A stretch of 12,188 nucleotides of DNA from Candidatus Hadarchaeum sp. (GTDB lineage: Archaea > Hadarchaeota > Hadarchaeia > Hadarchaeales > Hadarchaeaceae): the NCBI RefSeq assembly GCF_049969415.1, contig NZ_JBMFOX010000029.1:1-12188 (forward strand), given 5' to 3'. Positions 7,378 to 12,188 of this stretch are shown one piece after another. The translations under genes were made by a program, and so were the position numbers. The first letter of the stretch is position 1, and each line of letters begins with the position of its first letter. A model generated the notes under the pieces. That model searched no databases, was not told the origin of the DNA, and saw only the letters and a program-made list of their open reading frames with translations.

Positions 7378-7824
7378 TTACTGAACCTTCACTTCGAAGC
7401 CTCTTTTTGTCTTTTCCGCCTTAGGTATCTTTATCTCGAGGATGCCGTTGTTGTAGGTGGCGGTGGCCTTTTCTGGGATTACCCTGCAGGGCAGCTGCAG
7501 GTAGCGGTAGAATCCCCCGTAGCTTCTCTCCATTTGCTGGACACCCGCCGTCTCCGCCTTGGATTCCTTTTTCCTCAGCACTTTGATCTCGAGGCTGTCC
7601 TCGGTGACGTTGAGCTTGATGTCCTCCTTATCCACTCCTGGAAGCTCTGCCCTGAGGGTGACGTTCTCTTCGTCCTCCCAGAGATCGATCAGCGGTTCTC
7701 TCCAACCCATCCACGTTGGGGTTCTCGGCGTGACGAACATCGGCCTCGCAAAGAAGTCTCCGAACATTCGGTTGATTTCCCGCTGCATTCTCCTCATCTC
7801 GTCGAAGACATCCATCCAGAACAT
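7378..7824 (-). CDS. Small heat-shock protein, Hsp20/alpha-crystallin family
   Basis: Motifs REPLIDLWE, AELPGVDKEDIKL, ERSYGGFYRYLQLP and ATYNNGILEIKIPK. A strong SD GGAGGTGA (7837..7830) supports ATG 7824. Confidence 0.96.
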   Translation of the reverse strand: MFWMDVFDEMRRMQREINRMFGDFFARPMFVTPRTPTWMGWREPLIDLWEDEENVTLRAELPGVDKEDIKLNVTEDSLEIKVLRKKESKAETAGVQQMERSYGGFYRYLQLPCRVIPEKATATYNNGILEIKIPKAEKTKRGFEVKVQ

Positions 7825-7861
7825 GGCCCTCACCTCCGCTAATTAATTTGTTTTATGACAA

Positions 7862-7898
7862 TTTCAAGTAGTTATTGAAACATTAAAGTATTTAAATT
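7862..7898. promoter_or_regulatory. Divergent hsp20/regulator promoter with inverted-repeat operator candidate
   Basis: Minus-strand TATA TTTAAATA (7896..7889), plus-strand TTTAAATT (7891-7898), and the inverted repeat TTTCAA-N7-TTGAAA at 7862-7880. Confidence 0.6.
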
Positions 7899-7927
7899 TA
7901 ACGGTCGTATATTATACCGGCGAGAAC

Positions 7928-8332
7928 GTGAATGAGATCACGATCCGTGGGATGAAGCAGCCGGCGAAGAGCACGCTGGAAGGCGATTTGAAATGGTTCT
8001 GCGAATCCCTAGGGCTGCTCGGCGTTAGGGACAAGTCGGAGACGGCATTGAAGATATTCCGAGCGCTTTTAATCGAGTCAAAGAAGGGTCCGGTGACGAT
8101 AGAGGCCATTTCAGACCACGTAAATCTGAGCCGGACCGCAATCGTCCACCATCTAAATCGGATGAGGAAGGCGGGCGTGGTTCTGAAAGAGGGGAACCGG
8201 TGGGAGCTTAGGTCGCATTCGCTTCAAAAAATGGTGGATGAGATTGAGCTGGACATTCAACGCGTCCTAAAATCCGTTCGGGAGATAGCCGAGGATTTGG
8301 ACGCTCTCCTCGACCTCCCCGTCCGCAAGTAG
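7928..8332 (+). CDS. Winged-helix (ArsR-like) transcriptional regulator with C-terminal coiled coil
   Basis: HTH VTIEAISDHVNLSRTAIVHHLNRMRKAGVV, wing KEGNRWELR, amphipathic C-terminal helix; GTG start. Confidence 0.85.
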   Translation: MNEITIRGMKQPAKSTLEGDLKWFCESLGLLGVRDKSETALKIFRALLIESKKGPVTIEAISDHVNLSRTAIVHHLNRMRKAGVVLKEGNRWELRSHSLQKMVDEIELDIQRVLKSVREIAEDLDALLDLPVRK

Positions 8333-8359
8333 TTTAACCAGCGTCTGGTGGTTTTTCAA

Positions 8360-8371
8360 AACAATTTATTT
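8360..8371 (+). promoter_or_regulatory. Putative BRE/TATA promoter of queC
   Basis: AACAATTTATTT ends 25 nt before ATG 8397. Confidence 0.5.
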
Positions 8372-8396
8372 GCCTTCAGGGTCAAGTGAGGATGGT

Positions 8397-9047
8397 ATGA
8401 GAGCCGTCTGTCTTCTCTCAGGTGGCCCTGACAGCGCCGTGGCCGCAGCGGTGGCGAAAAAGGAGGGTTACGAGCTTTACTGCCTGTCCTTTAATTACGG
8501 TCAGCTCGCCTCCAAAGAACTGGAGAGCGCCAGAAAAATTGCTCGCGCCTTGGGGGCCAAGGAGCACCGCGTGGTTGACATTTCCTTTCTCAGGGACCTG
8601 TATGGCCCGGGTGTAACCGCACTCACAGATAGCGGCATGCGGATGCCGGGGCAGTTTGATCCGAGCATCATCGTCCCCTTCCGGAACGGCGTGATGCTGG
8701 CGATCGCGGCCGCATATGCGTCATCCATCGGCGCCGAGGCCATCTTTTACGGCCCTCAACTGGATGACGCCAGATTTTACCCCGACTGCCGGAAGGAGTT
8801 CGTCTCGGCCATCTCCAAGGCGATAGCGCTGGGCACCGAGTCAAAGCTTCAGGTTAGGAATCCACTTGCTGATTTGAGCAAGGCCGAGGTCCTGAAGCTG
8901 GGGATTGAGCTTGGTGTGCCCTTGGAGCAGACCTGGAGCTGCTACCGCGGAGGGGAAATTCATTGCGGGCGATGTGAGTCGTGCCGGAATAGGAAAAACG
9001 CTTTTCGAGCGGCGGGAATACCTGATCCCACCAAGTATGCGGAGTGA
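8397..9047 (+). CDS. queC: 7-cyano-7-deazaguanine (preQ0) synthase
   Basis: PP-loop LLSGGPDS, FNYGQ, VPFRN, YPDCR, TWSCY and the Zn site HCGRCESC. Start moved to ATG 8397. In archaea preQ0 is the archaeosine precursor. Confidence 0.93.
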   Translation: MRAVCLLSGGPDSAVAAAVAKKEGYELYCLSFNYGQLASKELESARKIARALGAKEHRVVDISFLRDLYGPGVTALTDSGMRMPGQFDPSIIVPFRNGVMLAIAAAYASSIGAEAIFYGPQLDDARFYPDCRKEFVSAISKAIALGTESKLQVRNPLADLSKAEVLKLGIELGVPLEQTWSCYRGGEIHCGRCESCRNRKNAFRAAGIPDPTKYAE

Positions 9048-9061
9048 ACGTCCGGGCAGTC

Positions 9062-9493
9062 CTATGTTTTGAGACTCCAGAGCGACAGCCCGGTGGTCGG
9101 ATCGTGCTCTCTTTCAAGCCTTTTCCCGATTAGCTCCAAGAGGTGGATTTCGGCCGCGAAGACGGTGGCGCTGACGAGGTGGCCGGCTATCGTCCTTCCC
9201 CTCTCGTCGGAGAGCACGGCATGGACGTGCGCAAAAGGACGGCCGTCTTTCATGGAGACGTTTCCCCAGGCGCTTGAGATTTCCAGCGGTTTCTTCAACA
9301 CAATTTTTTGATACTCCTGTTTTTCGTGATCATAGTATGCGATGGTGGTGTCATCGACCGCCCCGATAACCGAAAGAACGGCCATTTTTATTTTCTTCAT
9401 CTTGGCGAAATCGGTTATAGAATCGATGAGTTCGGAATGGTAGTCGGCCCGGCACAAAAACATCCTGCCAATCCGGTAATGCAACGATTTCAT
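9062..9493 (-). CDS. PPC-domain (DUF296) protein
   Basis: Motifs IGAV, YYD, LEISSAWGNVS, PFAHVHAVLSD, AGHL, FAAEI and DPTTGLSLW. ATG 9493 is favoured by a TATA-like CTTAAA about 30 nt upstream; ATG 9511 is the alternative. Confidence 0.88.
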   Translation of the reverse strand: MKSLHYRIGRMFLCRADYHSELIDSITDFAKMKKIKMAVLSVIGAVDDTTIAYYDHEKQEYQKIVLKKPLEISSAWGNVSMKDGRPFAHVHAVLSDERGRTIAGHLVSATVFAAEIHLLELIGKRLEREHDPTTGLSLWSLKT

Positions 9494-9549
9494 CTCTAAT
9501 CCCCAAACCATTCTCTCATCGGTTTAAGATATTTTCTTAGGGTCTGGTG

Positions 9550-9557
9550 TTTAAATT
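9550..9557 (+). promoter_or_regulatory. TATA box of the fdrA-like gene
   Basis: TTTAAATT ends 28 nt before ATG 9586, consistent with a near-leaderless transcript. Confidence 0.5.
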
Positions 9558-9585
9558 AGCCGGATAGAATTTTGTTGGGTGCCGA

Positions 9586-10809
9586 ATGGTCGAACTCGCA
9601 GTTATAACCGCTTCAGGTCTTCAAGCGTTAAAGGAGTCCCAAGAGGCCATCAGAGCGGGAAAGAGCGTGGTGCTTTTGGGCGGGGGGCTGTCCTTAACTG
9701 AGGAGTTAGATCTCAAGGCAGCCGCCGCGGAACGAGGGCTGCTGTTTCTAGGACCAAGTTGCGGCACCTCAATTCTGAACGGTGAGGGATTTGGTATTTG
9801 GAATAAGGTGCGGAACGGGCCCATAGGGATCGTCGGTACCTTTGGCAGCGGCATCCAGCAGATCGTCAGTTTAGTCGACAATGCTGGCGTTTCCCAGGCG
9901 CTTTGCGTTGGTAACAGAGATCTCTCCCAGCGCATTAACGCCCTAGGCACGTTGTCCGCCCTGAAATTTCTGGAAGAGGACCCCAGCACGGAGGTGATTG
10001 TCTTGGTTTCCCGTGAGCCCGTCACCAGCGTGCAGAGGCGCGTGCTGGACGCCGCGGTGGCAACGGGAAAGCCCACCGTGGTGTGTTTTTTAGGAGGTAA
10101 AATGACTACCACCCAATCCGGCCTGATGTTCGCGGACACTTTGGCGGAGGCCGCTTGGCAGGCACGGGCCTTGGCCGGAAAAGCGAAGCCGGGTGACTCG
10201 CCCGCCAAAATGTCGGAAGAATACAGAAAGATTGCCGAAGCCGAGCACAGCGGATTTGGCTACGGACAGAAGTTCATCAGAGGACTTTATTCCGGCGGGG
10301 CCCTTTGTACCGAAGCCATGTTGATTATCAGAAGATACTATGCGACCGTTTACTCAAACATCCCGCTGGAGCCTAAGCTCAGATTGCCTGATCCCTATTC
10401 CAGCAAGGGGCATGCTTTTGTTGATTTTGGTGCTGAGCCCCTCTTTATCGGAAGTCATCCTGCGGTGGACCTCGCCCCGCGTTGCGAGCGGCTGCTGAAG
10501 GAGGCGAGAGATTGGGAGACCGCGGTAGTTTTGTTTGACGTTTTGCTGGGCGTGGGGGCGCACCCCGATCCGGCAGGAGATTTGGTACCGGTCGTTAACC
10601 AGGCAAAGGGGATCGTGGAGGAGTCGGGCGGCTATCTCAGCGCCGTTGCCTGTGTGATTGGAACCAAGCAGGACCCGCAGGGATTTGAGAAACAGGTGAG
10701 ACAACTCGAACGCGCAGGAGTTTTGGTGATGGGCTCTAACGCCCAGGCGGCAAAGATGGCCGCATTGATAGCCTCTGGTGGCAAAATCTGGAAAGACCTG
10801 GCCCGTTGA
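9586..10809 (+). CDS. FdrA-like (succinyl-CoA synthetase alpha-related) protein, N-terminally short and divergent
   Basis: Motifs GLLFLGPSCGT, GPIGIVG..GSGIQQ, GNRDLS, GKPTVVCFLG, IRGLYSGG.LC.EA, HP, DVLLGVGAHPDPA, GT..DPQ and SNAQAA are collinear with the FdrA family. Confidence 0.82.
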   Translation: MVELAVITASGLQALKESQEAIRAGKSVVLLGGGLSLTEELDLKAAAAERGLLFLGPSCGTSILNGEGFGIWNKVRNGPIGIVGTFGSGIQQIVSLVDNAGVSQALCVGNRDLSQRINALGTLSALKFLEEDPSTEVIVLVSREPVTSVQRRVLDAAVATGKPTVVCFLGGKMTTTQSGLMFADTLAEAAWQARALAGKAKPGDSPAKMSEEYRKIAEAEHSGFGYGQKFIRGLYSGGALCTEAMLIIRRYYATVYSNIPLEPKLRLPDPYSSKGHAFVDFGAEPLFIGSHPAVDLAPRCERLLKEARDWETAVVLFDVLLGVGAHPDPAGDLVPVVNQAKGIVEESGGYLSAVACVIGTKQDPQGFEKQVRQLERAGVLVMGSNAQAAKMAALIASGGKIWKDLAR

Positions 10810-10810
10810 G

Positions 10811-11392
10811 TTAAGGTATGAGGAAAGCCGTCTTGATTCCCGAGATGATCAGTTGGATGGCAAAGGCGGTCAGCAAAAGCCCGGTAACTCTGGAGACGAT
10901 GTCGGTGCCGGAGGTTCCAATGACACGGCTGATGTGCCCGGAAAACCAGAGGATTATCCAGCTTGCCATCAGTGAGATCAAGGCCGAGATCGAGGTTATC
11001 AGATAACCGTGTTGCTGCACGAAGATCATCGTGGTTACGATCACACCCGGCCCGGTGAGCAATGGGGTCGCCAGCAGGGTGATGGCCGGAGAACTCTCAC
11101 CCTTTCCGCTGATCGACAGCGACAGCATCAGCTCGATTCCGAGGATGGTCAGAACTAGGCCGCCGGCGATGCTCAGGGAAGCAAAGTCGATCATGAAGAT
11201 ATCGAGAAGAAACTGGCCGAAAAAGAGAAAGGCAAAGAGAACGGCGCCGGCGGTCACTATCGCCTGTGTGGCCGCAGCGAGCTTCTGTTTTGGATTCATG
11301 TACTTGGTCACCGCGAGAAATATCGGTATGCTGGAAAATGGCCCCATGATCACGAAGAAGGTAAGCGCCGATTTTATTATCTCCTCAATCAT
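10811..11392 (-). CDS. MarC-family integral membrane protein
   Basis: Motifs FVIMGPFSSIPIF, IAGGLVL, LATPLLTGPGVI and SRVTGLLLTAFAIQLIISGI; about 6 TM helices. Confidence 0.93.
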   Translation of the reverse strand: MIEEIIKSALTFFVIMGPFSSIPIFLAVTKYMNPKQKLAAATQAIVTAGAVLFAFLFFGQFLLDIFMIDFASLSIAGGLVLTILGIELMLSLSISGKGESSPAITLLATPLLTGPGVIVTTMIFVQQHGYLITSISALISLMASWIILWFSGHISRVIGTSGTDIVSRVTGLLLTAFAIQLIISGIKTAFLIP

Positions 11393-11572
11393 GCAATCAC
11401 ACCTAAATCGACTTGGGTGGTTAAATATTGTCAGGGGGCCTTTTTTTACGGCGCGGCATAAGGTAGGGGCTCCTCCAACCGTTTTAAAAATTAAGTTGAA
11501 TGGCCTGACCGGATCGTTAATTTTTTCTTTTTTAAAAAATGGGCCCCAAATGCTTGTCGGGTTATTCTGGAG

Positions 11573-11809
11573 TTGCTGTTAGCCTTGATCGCCGTAGCGT
11601 GGCAGATTGGGCAGGCGATTCTTGAGAGACGCCTCAATCGCGAAGGAAAGGTCCCCTCGCTGCTCAGATTGTTATTCACGGCCGAGATTGAGGTACTCCG
11701 CGCGCTTAGGGCGGAGCTAAAGGGTTCAAATTTTCCTGGAGATGAGACCAGAGCAACGAAACTTTTCCAGGTGGAGCAGAGGCTGAGGGAGCTGGGCGAT
11801 TATGGCTAG
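11573..11809 (+). CDS. Hypothetical small protein with hydrophobic N-terminus (start uncertain)
   Basis: 78-aa ORF starting at TTG, downstream of an AT-rich promoter-like tract; its 3' end overlaps the next ATG by 8 nt. Confidence 0.5.
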   Translation: MLLALIAVAWQIGQAILERRLNREGKVPSLLRLLFTAEIEVLRALRAELKGSNFPGDETRATKLFQVEQRLRELGDYG

Positions 11810-12188
11810 CGAGCTCAAGTTTGAGTCCCTTCTGGCTGATCTGGATAGAATCTTGGAATTGAGCCCGGATGATTTCGCTAAAGCGGCCAGACTTATGCGA
11901 AAGCTGGATTCGGATTTGGAACGGCTGCTGGAGGCGGCGAGGATCGACGAGGGGCATAGAAAGGGCTTGTTCAAAACAGTGGCGTTGGTGAGGTCTTCAG
12001 CGGCGAAATTGTTTCAATCACTTGGTAACGCCAAAGGTGGCGGGCAGTTTCGGGAGGACTGGCGGCGCTTTGCCCGCAATGATTTTCTAGAACTGAAGGA
12101 GGACCTTATGGCACTTAGAGAACTTTTGGTCGAAAACGCCGATTTTTTCAGAATCGCCTGTCTCCGGGAAAGAATCGGTGAACTGGCG
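11802..12188 (+). CDS. Hypothetical alpha-helical protein, 5' part (runs off the right edge)
   Basis: Not in the ORF track; translated by hand from ATG 11802, open for 129 codons to the window end: MASELKFESLLADLDRILELSPDDFAKAARLMRKLDSDLERLLEAARIDEGHRKGLFK...RERIGELA. Preceded by a purine-rich GAGGGAG. Confidence 0.75.
   Translation, partial: MASELKFESLLADLDRILELSPDDFAKAARLMRKLDSDLERLLEAARIDEGHRKGLFKTVALVRSSAAKLFQSLGNAKGGGQFREDWRRFARNDFLELKEDLMALRELLVENADFFRIACLRERIGELA

Noticed and set aside
8397-9047. QueC as a defence-system component (QatC, type IV CBASS or Dpd DNA modification)
   Set aside because: It has canonical length and motifs (YGQ, VPFRN, YPDC, TWSCY, CxxCxxC) and no defence or DNA-modification partners nearby. 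SGGPDS is a minor PP-loop variant.
11393-11572. AT-rich homopolymer spacer as an origin or mobile-element end
   Set aside because: It has no ORB repeats or terminal inverted repeats and is adequately explained by divergent promoters and T-tracts.
395-11974. Numerous alternative-frame and antisense ORFs (e.g. 802..1209, 3025..3726, 4568..5044, 5757..6248, 7321..7842, 9621..10208, 11031..11582)
   Set aside because: They overlap better-supported genes, have no recognisable motifs, and are expected shadows in GC-rich coding DNA.
1-12188. CRISPR array associated with the Cas1-like fragment
   Set aside because: I saw no regularly spaced 24-48 bp repeats anywhere. The short GATAAAG/GATAAGG recurrences at 210-305 are explained by Ile-Lys/Arg codons.

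Overview
Gene-dense archaeal chromosomal segment. The archaeal assignment rests on a class I CCA-adding enzyme, a short NOG1 GTPase, TATA-box promoters and oligo-T terminators; coding DNA is GC-rich. Most of the window is housekeeping. In order: FUN14-family membrane protein, small 2-TM protein, LpdD/PAC-like protein, PAE2307/DUF355 adenosine-binding protein, NOG1 GTPase, SpoIIM-family membrane protein, DUF1152, cca, thpR, Hsp20 divergent from a winged-helix regulator, queC, PPC/DUF296 protein, an N-terminally truncated and motif-divergent FdrA-like protein, MarC, and two hypothetical genes at the right edge. The most unusual part is the left end (1-~305). There a 5'-truncated reading frame resembling the C-terminus of Cas1 (solo/casposase-like) abuts the FUN14 stop codon and is ATGA-coupled to an AT-rich signal-anchor gene that runs out of the window, which suggests the scar of a decayed mobile element. 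Other points of interest are a candidate heat-shock repressor/operator module at hsp20 and an identical 12-mer upstream of cca and queC. All family assignments come from motifs recognised by eye; no database search was run.
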